NCBI GenBank assembly: GCA_051294375.1
Contig: CM119265.1
Coordinates: 8,688,772-8,752,771, forward strand
Source of the DNA: Paraspadella gotoi
Taxonomy: Eukaryota > Animalia > Chaetognatha
Direction of reading: 5' to 3'
DNA length: 64,000 nt
The notes beneath the pieces were generated by a model that did not search any database, was not told the DNA's origin, and saw only the letters and a list, made by a program, of their open reading frames with translations. The position numbers and the translations under genes were made by a program. Below, piece by piece: positions 38,358-51,900 of the stretch. Within the stretch, counting starts at the first letter, position 1, and the number at the start of each line of letters is the position of its first letter.

Positions 38358-39384
38358 CTGGACGGGAGGGGGGGCGTGGGGGAGGGAAGAGGGGTTAGGG
38401 GGTGGGGTATGGAAGGAGGCGGTGGGATTAGATGAACTTTATTTCTTTTTAAATTCTTCTCGCAAGAGATGAGGGGTGACAGGGAGTGCACCGGATACTG
38501 GATGCACAGGATGGTTACAGGAAATGCCACGACGACCCGGCGTGGCGGGGAATGTCATAAACGTCGTACTTAAGAAATAGGAATGTATTTAAGAAAGATA
38601 ATTAAACAAAGAACGGTATGCGATGATAGGTAAAAAAAATGGGATGAAGCGTCCGGGAAAAGGGTCAGCGGAGAAGAGCTATGAAAGGACAAGGAACGTA
38701 AAAGTAGAAAAAAGCAAATCGACGAAAACGTACGGGGTAATTTAAACGGAGAGACACGAGAACGAAAGTCCAGGGCGAGGACCGACCGGGGATGGAATCT
38801 GGGGAACGTGGGGAAAGGAGGACGTGAAATTCCGTGTAATTCCCCGCGGAGAAATTGAAAGGGACGGATTAACGAGTTATATCTTTTTCTTCTTTTCTTT
38901 CTTTTCCTTCTCTTTTTCTTGAACTCGTATCGCGGTCGAAATCTTCTTCTTCCTTCTGTTTTGTCTCCTCGAAAATCCAGAAAAGAATTTTTTTTTTTAA
39001 ACAAAATAGAAAGAAAAAAAAATGAAAGCGGTCCATACCTTCGGATTTTTTCTTTTCTTTTTTTTTTCTTCTAAATTTCCGTTTTTCTATTTTCCTTCTC
39101 TCCCTCTCCTTTTCTTCATCCGCGAAATCCAGGCTGGTTTTTATTATCTTTTATCTATTTTCCTTTCCTCCTCCCATCTTACGTGACGTCATATCCAGAA
39201 AACGCGTTATCGTTTTTTTCTTTTTTTCTCTTTCCTATCGCCGTATGTAGTACATACGGGGAACGCGTATCGGGCCGTAGAGTCTTGCTTATCTTTTTCT
39301 TTTTCTTTATTTTCTTTATTTTCTTACTTAGTTCCTTGCGTTTTCTCTTTTTCCGTCTGTCTTACCTTCCTAATCTCCCTTACC

Positions 39385-39509
<125 letters not shown>

Positions 39510-40218
39510 CTGCCCAACTCGTCCGCTTCTTCTCACCGTCATTTTTTTATGGGTTCTCTCGCTCGGATGCTCCAAATCCCGATATTATTTTTTCTCTTCC
39601 TCGCTTACCTAACCTACTAAAAATAATTCATTCATTGACTGTTCTCACAGTGCAAATAAACAATACATTACACAATACACATACAAGGAAATAGACCTCG
39701 ACCTCTTGGTGTTTATGTTTACTATATAGACAATATCTATTAGACATAGAGCCCCAACGCTTAACATGATTTTCGCGATTTCAAAATTTCTCGGTTTGGA
39801 GACTTTTAGAATTAATAAAATTAGACGTAAGATTTAAAAGCGTGCTGCGCCAATATAGTTGGTATTTGATATTTTTTAATGCTCCGTAAATTATATAATG
39901 TCGTCATCATTTACGTCTAGAGTATTATAACTAGAACCACAGCTCGTGGCCCCTTTAAAGGCAGCGTCTCTCGAATGCCGAGTCGTTGCTCTCCACGCCC
40001 CCTTCATTCTCTCTCTTGTGAATCAACCATAGGCCGTTTATGGGTCACGTGAGCAAGCCGGGCTGTTAACCCGGTGGAAAAAGAGCGAGTGCAGATTTGG
40101 GATTAGTAAGGGAGGGGAAACTTAAATTCGTCGGGAGGAGGTGGAACGAATGAAATAAAAAACCAAACCTGTTAAAAGGGGTAAACAAAATTTTGAGCGA
40201 ATTAGGGGAGAAGAAAAA

Positions 40219-40612
40219 CAAAGCGATGGAGACATGCGTTTGGACCTAAAGAAAACAAAATACAAAAACAAAAAAAACAAACAGAAAAACAAAGCGGGAG
40301 ACATGCGTTGACCTAAGAAAACAAAAACAAAAAACAAAAAACAAAGCGGGAGAACAGTGCGTTGCCTAAAAAAACAAAAAACAAAAACAAAAAAAACAAA
40401 GCGGGAGGACATGCTTTTGACCTAAAGAAAACAAAAAAAAAACAAAAAACAAAGCGGGGAGACATTGCGGTTTGACCTAAAAGATAAACAAAAACAAAAA
40501 CAAAATAACAAAAACAAAAACAAAACGCGGGAGACATGCGTTTTGACCTTAAAGAAAAACAAAAACGAAAAAACAAAACAAAAAACAAAGCGTGGAGACT
40601 TGCGTTTGACCT
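40219..40612 (+). repeat. Minisatellite/VNTR, about 7 units of 50-70 bp
   Basis: Core CAAAGCGGGAGACATGCGTTTGACCTAAAG, separated by variable (AAAAC)n spacers. Confidence 0.9.
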
Positions 40613-42160
40613 TTAAAAAAAAAAAACGCGAGGAGAGATGAACTCAAGTGCGAGCGACGGGTCTGGTGGTTCAACAGAGGGGGGCTTCGAGCAATACAAC
40701 AACAACGACCGACGTTTTCGTCGCTCAATAGACGTTGTCGTCGCCAGCATACGTGAACAGCTCGGCCAACACGACCGGAAGAATAAATATATTCAAAAAG
40801 CAGAGGGCGCGGCAAAGTCTTGAAAAAGAAGAGAGAGAAAGAGAGAGAAAGAGAGAAAAAGAAAGAATTTGCCGCACTTGATTATTCTCGTTTTATAGCG
40901 TTAGGTTTATAAAAAAAAAAAAAGAGATTTCAAGCACCTCGTTGACAATTCCCAAGGTATCGCGTAACTTCGGAAAACGTCTAGACTCTGAGCCTGTTCG
41001 GAATTCCTTTGAATTGACAAAACCCATTTTTGATGACAAAAGGGGAATTTATTTTGGAAATTTATGTAATATATATCGCAGTTCCTGCGGCCTTTAACCA
41101 ACCCAAGATAATCGCCGCGTTGAGAGTCAATGAGAGAAGAAAAGGGGGGGCGGGTGAGCGGGGGTGGGGTGAAGTGACGGGGATTAAATTGTCGAGGCGA
41201 TCGGGTAGGAGAAAAAAGAAGTGCTTGTTGATTTTTCATCTGAATTAGCTATCGGTTAGTTAACAAACCTTTGATCAACTGCTGTCAAATTGAACTAATT
41301 ATTTATTAATGATTAGCCTAAAATTTGAAAATCTGTTATCGAAAAAGTTTTCTTCTTTCTCATGTCTCACGCCGAACTTTCACTAACTTTATGAGCCACA
41401 AATTTAAAAGTTTAACTTCAGAGAAAAATACAAAACATCAAACTTTTTGTTTCCTCAAGACCGATGATCTCTGGTAGGCGTTTCTTGTTCTAAGTGCAAC
41501 AACCGAAAAATAAAAATAGAAAATGTGAAAAAAATTCTTAGCCAACCGGAGAGCGAGATCATTAGAGGGCAGCACCACCAAAGGCGCAAATGGCGAAACT
41601 GACGGTCGATCTAGACTCGCGTCTCTTAACGCGCGTTTTGTATTCCATGGCGACCGCGACGGCGACGACCGCGTGAGGGCGATGGAGGAATAAATATAAA
41701 AAAAGACGGAGAAAAATCGGTTTCCAACCGCGGATTGGAAAAATAAAAAAAAGACAACCGGATGGAAATGATTGGAATGACGTTCGAAGAATAAAGTATG
41801 AAATAAATTACACAAATAATTTGGAGCAGAAGAAAGAAATTCAGTATACAAAAAGCTATCGCCGAAAAAATACGAGAATAAATAAGTGAAAGACTGACTT
41901 TATGAACCAATTTTATAACCGAATTGATCGATCGAAGGCACATTTACATGAGATGCGTTACCTCATACGAAAAAAAAAGAGGATTTCCCCGCGTGCGTTG
42001 TGGAAAAGAACGAGAGAGAGAGATTAGAGAGATGAAGAGAGGAGAAGAGAGAAGACGAGAGAGAGAGAAGAGGAGAGAGAGAGAGAGCGAGGAGAGAGGG
42101 AGAGGAGAGAGGAGAGGTGATGAGAGGAGAGGAGANNNNNNNNNNNNNNNNNNNNNNNNN

Positions 42161-42815
42161 TTTTGTATACTGAATTTCTTTCTTCTGCTCCAAATTATTT
42201 GTCGTATTTATTTCATACTTTATTCTTCGAACGTCATTCCATCATTTCCATCCGCTTGTCTTTTTTATTTTTCCATCCGCTCTGGAACCATTTTTCTCGT
42301 CTTTTTTTATATTTATTCCTCCATCGCCCTCACGCGGTCGTCGCCGTCGCGGTCGCCATGGATACAAAACGCGCGTTAAGAGACGCGAGTCTAATCGACG
42401 TCAGTTCGCCATTTGCGCCTTTGGTGGTGCTGCCCTCTAATGATCCTCGCTCTCCGGTTGGCTAAGAATTTTTTTCTCATTTTCTATTTTTATTTTTCGT
42501 TGTTGCACTTAAAACAAGAAACGTCTACCAGAGATCAATCGGTCTTGAGGAAACAAGTTTGATGTTTATGTTTTTCTCTGAAGTTAAACTTTTAATTTGG
42601 CTCATAAAGTAGTGAAGTTCGGCGTGAGACATGAGAAAGAAAAAACTTTTTCGATAACAGATTTTCAAATTTTAGCTAATCATTAATAAATAATTATTAA
42701 ATTTGAGACAGTTGATCAACAGTTTGTAAACTACCATAGCTAATTCAGATGAAAATCAACAGCAACTTTCTTTTTCTCCTACCGATCGCCTCGACAATTT
42801 AATCCCCTCACTTCA
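42161..42815 (-). repeat. Inverted duplicate of about 41170-41853
   Basis: TTTTGTATACTGAATTTCTTTCTTCTGCTCCAAATTATTT is the reverse complement of about 41815-41853, and colinearity continues back to GAAGTGA..GGGATT. Confidence 0.9.
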
Positions 42816-42816
42816 T

Positions 42817-43977
42817 GTGAATCAACCATAGGCCGTTTATGGGTCACGTGAGCAAGCCGGGCTGTTAACCCGGTGGAAAGAGCGAGTGCGATTGGGATTA
42901 GTAAGGGAGGGGAAACTTAAATTCGTCGGGGAGGGGGGTGGAAGAATGGAAATAAAAAACAAAACCTGTTAAAAGGGATAAACAAAATTTTGAGCGAATT
43001 AAGGGGAGAGAAAAAAACAAAGCAGGAGACATGCGTTTGACCTAAAGAAAACAAAAACCAAAAACAAAAAAAACAAAAGAAAAACAAAGCGGGAGACATG
43101 CGTTGACCTAAAAGAAAACAAAAACAAAAAACAAAAAACAGAAGCGGGAGAACATGCGTTTGGCCTAAGAAAACAAAAACAAAAACAAAAAAAACAAAGC
43201 GGGAGGACATGCTTTTGACCTAAAGAAAACAAAAAAAAAACAAAAAACAAAGCGGGGAGACATTGCGGTTTGACCTAAAAGATAAACAAAAACAAAAACA
43301 AAATAACAAAAACAAAAAACAAAACGCGGGAGACATGCGTTTTGACCTTAAAGAAAAACAAAAACAAAAAACAAAACAAAAAACAAAGCGTGGAGACTTG
43401 CGTTTGACCTTTAAAAAAAAAAAACGCGAGGAGAGATGAACTCAAGTGCGAGCGACGGGTCTGGTGGTTCAACAGAGGGGGGCTTCGAGCAAACAACAAC
43501 AACGACCGACGTTTTCGTCGCTCAATAGACGTTGTCGTCGCCAGCATACGTGAACAGCTCGGCCGAACACGACCGGAAGAATAAATATATTCAAAAAGCA
43601 GAGGGCGCGGCAAAGTCTTGAAAAAGAGAGAGAGAAAGAGAGAGAAAGAGAGAAAAAAAAAATTTCGCACTTTGATTATTACTCGTTATAGCGTTAGGTT
43701 ATAAAAAAAAAAAAAATGATTTCATAAGCCACCTCGTTGAATTCCAAGGTACGGGCGTTATACAATTCCGAGAAAAACGTCTAGACTCTTGGAGCCTGTC
43801 TCGGATTCCTTGAATTGCAAAAACACCATTATTGATGACAAAAGGGGAAATTTATTTTGGAAATTTATTGTAAATTATATAATCGCAGTTCCTGCGGGCC
43901 TTAACCAACCCAAGATAATCGCCGCGTGAGTCAATGAGAGAAGGAAGAAGGGGGGGCTGGGTGAGCGGAGGGTGGGG
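42817..43977 (+). repeat. Direct duplicate of about 40018-41169, including a second copy of the 7-unit VNTR (43017-43412)
   Basis: GTGAATCAACCATAGGCCGTTTATGGGTCACGTGAGC is identical to 40018, and the copy is colinear up to the gap. Confidence 0.92.
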
Positions 43978-44002
43978 NNNNNNNNNNNNNNNNNNNNNNN
44001 NN

Positions 44003-44695
44003 GGTTAAGGCCCGCAGGACTGCGATATATATTTACATAAATTCCAAATAAATTCCCTTTTGTCATCAATAATGGTTTTTCATTCAAGGAATTCCGAACA
44101 GGACTCCAGAGTCTAGACGTTTTCTCGGAATTGTTAACGCGATACCTTGGAATTTCAACGAGGTGCTTGAAATCTTTTTTTTTTTTTATAAACTTACGCT
44201 ATACGACGATAAATCAAGTGGAAATTTTTTTTTCTCTTTCTCTCTCTTTCTCTCTCTCTTTTCAAGACTTTGCTCGCGCCCTCTGCTTTTGAATATATTT
44301 ATTCTTCGGTCGTGTTGGCCGAGCTGTTCACGTATGCTGGCGACGACACGTCTATTGAGCGACGAAAACGTCGTCGTCGTTGTTGTTGTTGTGCGAAGCC
44401 CCCCCCCTCTGTTGAACCAACCAGACCCGTCGCTCGCACTTGAGTTCATTCTCCTCGCGTTTTTTTCTTTAGGTCAAACGCATGTCTCCCGCTTTGTTTT
44501 TTTTTCTCCCCTTAATTCGCTCAAAATTTTGTTTCCCCTTTTAAAGGTTTGGTTTTTATTTTCATTCTTCCACCCCCCCTCCCGACGAATTTAAGTCTTC
44601 CCCTCCCTTACTAATCCAAAAATCTCACTCGCTCTTTCCACCGGGTTAACCCCGGCTTGGCTCACGTGACCCATAACGGCTATGGTTGATTCACA
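44003..44695 (-). repeat. Inverted duplicate of about 40018-41099 carrying only one VNTR unit
   Basis: Ends ...CACGTGACCCATAACGGCTATGGTTGATTCAC (reverse complement of 40018). A single TTAGGTCAAACGCATGTCTCCCGCTTTG is present at about 44469-44496. Confidence 0.9.
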
Positions 44696-46397
44696 CCCTG
44701 GAAGCCATTCNNNNNNNNNNNNNNNNNNNNNNNNNNNNNNNNNNNNNNNNNNNNNNNNNNNNNNNNNNNNNNNNNNNNNNNNNNNNNNNNNNNNNNNNNN
44801 NNNNNNNNNNNNNNNNNNNNNNNNNNNNNNNNNNNNNNNNNNNNNNNNNNNNNNNNNNNNNNNNNNNNNNNNNNNNNNNNNNNNNNNNNNNNNNNNNNNN
44901 NNNNNNNNNNNNNNNNNNNNNNNNAGAGAGAGAGAGAGTTTCTTCGGAGATATTTGAGTCTTGGCTGCTTTCGACTTAATTAGCGGATTGTCAAATTGTC
45001 AGTCAGTCTGTCAGAAAAGTTTCATTAATTTGCTTAAAATTTTTAATTAATGTAGTAAATGAATATTGAATAAATCACTTCCAGAGCTGAGCTTCCAAAG
45101 CAGGCGTAATCACATTGATTCTGCTGCTTTTAGCTCTCTCTCTCTCTCTGACTCTTTCTCTCTCTCTATCTATCTCTCTNNNNNNNNNNCTCTCGTCTCG
45201 TTTAGATTTCATCTCAGTCCATCGTCTCCGCATTTCGAACTCATGGTTTCCTCTCGCGCACGCGCACATTTCCTCACCTGAAGGGCACATTTGNNNNNNN
45301 NNNNNNNNNNNNNNNNNNACGGGTGACTTTGATGCCCAGGTTTGAACCAATTGTCTATATTTTCTTTCACTTCGAAATTTTTTTGTTCGGGCATTTAAAC
45401 TTACGCCGTTACAATATGGACATAAAGTGGCAAACTGTGGGCAGGCCAAGGCTTAAGGCAAGGAGGAATAACATGACATTTCAACGAAATCAATTTAAGA
45501 GTTATTCCGGTTAAACAAAAAAGGGAACACAAATACTCCACTGTGACGGATTACGATTTTTTCGGATCGTAGGCAGTATAACTGGTTGCTGGTGTGTTTC
45601 TTCTCTAAATCTACTGGAGAGCGTTCCTGTTGTGGTACGGTACAAATATTAGTCATCAATAAAGAACAGGCTTTTTAACGTAAAGAGGGCGTTTATCCGA
45701 ATTTGTTAAATATTAAACATCTGTGGGGTTTCTTTTTTTTTTTATGGGGTCGAATGGGATTTACACGGTCGGGGCCCCTTACTATTTTCGTTGTTATGGT
45801 AATAATTGGTTAGCTTATATGTAATTTAAAATTGTTTGTAATTTCGTTCTAGGAACATCTCTGTCAATCTTTTTTTTCTTGAAAAAACGTGAATTATGAT
45901 TTCGGTTTTGGGTCCAAAGCGGGGGGAATAACAATCAAAATAATGAATAACTATAAATAGTACAATGTACAAAGTTATTTCTTTCTCCGCGGAACGTTAA
46001 TTAGCTTTTTTTCCCAGACATATGAAAGCCGTATTTTAGATCAGTGCCGACCTGTTTGGATGAGAGTTATGAAGGGACAGGCGATGGACCGCTGTGGGGT
46101 TCGGGACTTCGCTTGGGTAAAGTGGGGCTTTTGAGGGAAAGTCGCCTTCACTTTGTATCATCGATTTAGTCCAAGGGTTTTATTGTATTGTTGAATTTAG
46201 GTTACCGGGGTTTTTCGGGAGGTTACAGATAAGGGGGAAATCAAAATGAAGAGATATACGTTCGTTTTTATTCTTTTTTTTTTAGGAGTGTAATAAATAT
46301 ATTTTGCTGAGTCTTATTTTTTTCCCCAGTTTTATGTTTTTGATGGCCCTCTATTCTTTTGAATTTTTGTACTCATTGAATTAGAACAAAGGGATTG

Positions 46398-48969
46398 ATG
46401 ACGGGTTGAGCGGTCCGACTACTGGCAGAAGAGTCGACGCCGGCGGAAGCAACAAAAACTTGCGTGGGGAACCGATTGATCTTCAACGTCGAAATCGGGG
46501 CTCGTCGATATTTCGTACGCGCTTCCGAGAGGGACAAAGTGAAATTACGGGTGCACACAAGTAAGTCGCTAAGTGCCGGAAACATGCGGACTAATCACTA
46601 ATAAGAAACAACCGATTCTTGGCTAGCTTCTTACTCTTTCTTCTCACTTGCCCGCACCAGACGACGCTGTCGGTGTTTCAGCAGCGGCGAGTTTTCCGTC
46701 GTCCTCAGCACGAGGAGTTCATTTGGGCTTCCACGATGCGTAGTGGAGACGAGGGTTTTCCGCTTTCCTCATTCCTCCGGCGCCGGCCGTCCAGACTTCG
46801 ACGGCTCAAGAGAAGAAAACTGCGAAACTCGGGGAAGCGCGAGAACACATGACCAGGAGGAGTTAACAAATGGAAGGCCGAACTCGAGGCGTGAGTCTTT
46901 TCATCTTTTTTTTCATTCTTTATGTCGGAGCTGGAGAATCGGTTGCGTCCGTATTGAGAGGCAGTGCCAGCGGTCAGACTATTGAATAAATTGACGATGG
47001 GATTGTTGCTTGCTTCTGGGAATAACCGTTTTTTTTTTGTCCATGCTTCGAATTTAAACTAAATTCTTTCTATGAGGAAAAAAGTTTTAAAGTAAATGTG
47101 ACTGTAGTTGTGCTGGCGAATCCTAAAATCGTCGGTCGTCCCATTTGCTGGACATCTGGGTATCGCTTTACACCGGGTAAGTTCGGGTCCTAAATTTTTA
47201 CTCTCGCGACTGCGGTTTTGGCGGCTTTGAACTATTTTAAAATATTTATCTAAAAATTTTTGTTTTAATATATTACTAATTACCTTACCTAAACCTTTTA
47301 ACAAATCGCCTAATTTAAAAACCACCTTAAAGCCTTACTATCCTCCTAACCCGTTCGGGCAGAAGTAAGGTGGTGATGTGACGATAAGCCGCTAAGTGAT
47401 GGGTGGTCACTGGTCAAGCAGGGGTCCAATAGCATGGCGCCATCTGTCGGGAAGATGCTCACACCCCGGGCTTCAGCATATCGAATGCTCAAGTTAGCAT
47501 TTTCTCGAATGCTTTTTAGGGGTCTTTTTTTTTTAGAAGACAGTAATAGCAATAATTATTAGAAATGTGAAAATTTTTTTAATGTCAAAAAATTTTCAAA
47601 AACCCGTCTTTTCATTTGTTCATTTTCACGTTAATTAGGGAATAATCTTGCATTCAAAGAAACTGGTTGGCGATGCACGAAGTATTTTGCAACGGAATCG
47701 CCAAGCCTCATGTGTGCGCATGACCACAATTTCAGCAGTTTGTTCTCGGTGAGTAAACAAATTGTTATTGTTATGTTTTTTTTTACTTTGGAGTAATGGG
47801 GGTTTTGTTTTGTTAAACCAGAATTTGGTTAAGATTTGATAAAAACTATATCATCATTCCCTAGAATCAACGAAGACTTGAACGTGAGGGGAGAACAAAA
47901 AGAATGGTTGGGCGGTTTCTTCAGCAATGTCAACAGTCCGCGGACGGCTATTCTATCGACAGAAGGCATCGGGACGAACAGTTCGACAAGAAAGCTTATT
48001 TCTGTTGATTATCACAAGAAAATTGGAAGCTTCGCGATATGCCCAGATAGATGACTAAGAACACAAAAAAGTCAGTGTCTTAATAATTGACATTCTAGAA
48101 CTTTGTATATATGCTTATTATGTCGACCCCTCAGACTTGGCACATTTCCTACATCAACATTTAAGAGCTCGACGCTACATCAGCCTATTCGTCAATCGAG
48201 ATCTGTTTGGAGAAATTATTCGTCAAGTTTCGGAACGTTTGGAAGAGGCGTAACTGAAGGCCGGGGTGGGCTCGAGAAGACCTCACTTTCCGACACGTAA
48301 GTTCGTTACATGTACCGCAGTTCTCTAGTCTCAAGATTTTGTATCAGTGAAATTTTATGGTTTATCATTCTTCATTTTGCTGTCGGTTATCTTATTTTAC
48401 ACAAATTAAGAGTTAGAAATGATTTGCATTGATGTGGAGAAAGCCAAAACGAGGGTCTTGAGAATTAAAATAATATAAATAAGCTAATTTTATTTCGGCG
48501 TTAGCCTTCGTTTATACTTTGAGGGGACTCAGCTGGCCTGACGAAGGATTGTTGTCGTCGGGCGAGGAATCGATCGCCAACTTACGAAACGCCAACAGAA
48601 CTGGATTCGTGCCACGAAGAAAACAAAGACGTTCAAGGCGCGGAGACACCAGCAGGTCAGTCACGCTTCTTTTGCCGGGACGCTAAATTGGCTTTCGCCA
48701 ATTGTTTTTGGCGACGTGATTTCCTAAAGTATTTTTCAATAATTGCATTATTACATTTCATGCTTGATTTCATGCTATTTAATGCTTCACAGATAATGTG
48801 CGAAAAGTTTACACATCAGCGAAGTTGGGAAGGGAGATTGGCCGAGTTTAGTGAGAAGAGTGCAAATGTTTGCAATAAAGGAATTTGATGATCTCGCCGA
48901 GTGGAGATCAAGCACGCAGGCGAAAGCGGCCCTGTTTCAGAAGCCATCACTCTCTAAAGATTAAGTTGA
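46398..48969 (+). pseudogene. Frameshifted copy of SNX5/6 in copy C (likely raw-read error)
   Basis: Fragments [25 protein letters not shown] and QIMCEKF are broken by indels. Confidence 0.65.
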
Positions 48970-51900
48970 AACTTATTTTTTAAAAATTATGGGGGACGTG
49001 ATTTCGTATTGTGGGGTTTTTTTTTTTATTCGACGAGATTCACAAGATTATTAACATTTTTCGGCTATGGTGTTAGCGGTCAGTTTTTGAAGCTTTTATT
49101 ATACTCATTTCTAGTCTCTATTTAGTAGTTTATTCGAATTTCGTATCACATGATAAAAATCTTCGCACAATTTTTTTCACATTCCCTAAAGCACTTGAAT
49201 ATTGGTAAAATAAAATGCGATTGAATCAATTTATAAATTATTTACATGGGTTATTGGGCTGGTACAATTGGGTTTCAAAACGTGTTTTTTTTGAAAAAAA
49301 AAAATAAATGGAACCGAGAGAACGTTATTGCTTTCGAGACAGAATTTAATTTGTTGTTTTTTTAACAACAAAATTTAATTAATAGGCTCGCTGTTTTATT
49401 TTTTTTAGCATTTTCGGCTTCATAGCTAAACGCGACTTAATCGGTTGTGAAAGGGGGGCAAAATTTTTTTTTCCTTTGGCACTCCTTAACATGGACTCTC
49501 ATAAGGTAAAATGAATTAGCTTTCTATCAAAACAAAGCGAATTTTCTTAAAACTTGAAATCAAGTTTGAGAAATCTGTCTCGTCGCTGAGCCAAACATTG
49601 AATTAAAAAACTAAGGAAGTCTGATCGGCAAACTTTATTTCGATATACAGTGGCAAAAAACAAAAACGTGTGGAGAAACATTTTTTTTAAAAATTCTTTA
49701 AGTAAAAGTGGGTATTCAGTTTCGTGACCGTCGGGGGAAATGAGAATGGAAAAGTTGTTGGAGATTATATTTGGAGATGCTGCGCGTTTTTTGAGCGCGG
49801 CCTTCAAAAATTCTTCTTATAAGCAAGTTTTTCACTTTAAGTTGCGTGATCGTCTTGACTTTGCATCCAGATCTTTGAAAAGGTCCCGTCGTTGTTGTTT
49901 CTTTAGCTATGGAAACGGACACCAGGAATACTAAAAAAACAAAATTCAAGTTTTTAGTTCGTGGATGCTGGATTGGACGGTGTTCTAAACTGTTTGTTCC
50001 CATTAGTTACTTGATTCATCATGCATGGTGCTATGCGAAGCTCACGCAAGGTTCTTGAGTCATTAAAAATGCATCTGTACAATTTAAATTAAAGAACGGA
50101 TACAAAGGATTCTTCCTGCCTTTTTTTATCCTCCTGTGATTTGTCTCTCACGTTAAAGCCGTTTAAAAAACATTTTTATGCTCTCGTGGAAGAGACAATT
50201 AAAAAATTGTTAGTCACATTAAAAATAAATAGCTTCACGTTATCGTGAAGTGGTTTTGTTTTAATATTTGTGAAGAAATTTGTTTTTCTGTATTGTTACC
50301 GATTGTTTTGGTGGGCTTCAGATTATACGAGGAGGGCATTGACATGAAGTGCATTGAAAAGATCATTTGCGTGAGATAACAGTTATTAACCTTTTGAAAG
50401 TTGGCTGATATTTATTTGCGTAATATCTGTACCTTTCTTGTCAATGGATAAACCTTCAAGGTTGCTGATTGACTTCCGCAATTCCTTGCATTTGAACTGA
50501 GTTGTTTCTTGTTGCCTTCTAACTGTATTCCCTGCAAAGATTTTTAATTTTTATTCGGGTATAATGCAATTTAACGAGGTTTAATATAGAAACGTGAACC
50601 ATAAAAAATAAGGCATTTATCTGACAAAGTTTAAAATGCGGTTACATTTTTTTTCATGAGTTGAACGAGTTTTAAAGCAGTCTCTTTTAAAATATATAAA
50701 AATTAGTTTTAACCTTGTTGGAAAAAAGGTTTTTTTTTAAACAAACTGTTATTATACTGAAAGTATGTAAAAAACGCTGTTTGAACTTCATTTATATTAT
50801 ATTTATTTAATCGTGCATGTTTGTAATTAAATTATTAAGCGCTTCAACATTCGTCAAGAGTTTATTGTTGTTCCTAAATTATAATTTTGGAATATTTCTG
50901 TTTACAACGGTACAAGGTAAAAAATCAAATTTGTTCTTTTAATTCTTAAAAAATTAGTCAATTTGTGTTTTTTCAAATTTTTCTTTTAGATTGTTCCCCT
51001 TATTCCAAGTTGATGTTTCTATCATTTCCAAGCCAGAACGGTTTATTATTGGAAGAAATATGTAAATGATTATTATGATGATGATTCCAGAGAATGGGCC
51101 AGACATAGTATTTCGGAAGTTATCCCGGTTGATGTTTTCTTGTTAAATGTTTAAAGGTATTTATTAAAAGTGGATTATTTTAACCAGTAACTTAAATTCC
51201 CAGTGGTTGGTGAGATTGGATAATGCATTGAATTTTCTTAGAGTTCATTTGGGCTTTTTTTCCTTAATATGGCTTCTCCCAACATTGCTGATCCACGCAA
51301 TGACTCGTTTCTAATAGGTTCCGCCATTCCGAATCAGGGAATTACAGCTCGTGATACTGTGTTTATCTTGAAAAACTTCTTCTTGAAATGGTGCTGTTTG
51401 GGTTAACTATTATGTTTATTGTTTTGCAATTTATTCAATGCTTAACCGTCCTAGAATCAGGCTCCGGTTTTCAATATTGCCGGTTAGGACGAGGAAAATT
51501 CTGTAAGATATTTTTCTTAAATTTTGGGGCGTTCATCAAAATTGTCAGAATCTATGAGTCGTTATGTGATGTGATGGAACTACATGATTTAAAATTTATG
51601 AATCCTCTCTATTTAATCTTCTAATTCAACGCTGAGTGTTTGTGATTGTTTTTTTTTGGTTTTTTCTGATGGAAGTGAGGTACAGAGGTTCATCAAATGA
51701 TTTCTTTTAAAAATACATGGCCTTGGGATATGATTTCAAATTAAATATTTATGCGCGACTATGAAGATTTCCTATAAAAAATACAAAAATTTGAAAAATT
51801 TAATACGATGTAATGAATTTAATTAGTTATAAGGCAAAAAATTATTCTAATCAAACTTTTAGTGTACTTCAGAGATTCCCAATGAGTCCAAAGTAGATGT

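Noticed and set aside
40400-40420. p53-like half-site GGACATGCTT in VNTR units
   Set aside because: Only isolated half-sites occur and most units carry a mismatch, so there is no supportable function.
40219-43412. Repeat-spacer-like arrays resembling CRISPR
   Set aside because: The spacers are just variable (AAAAC)n tracts rather than unique sequences. The context is eukaryotic and there are no cas genes, so this is a minisatellite.
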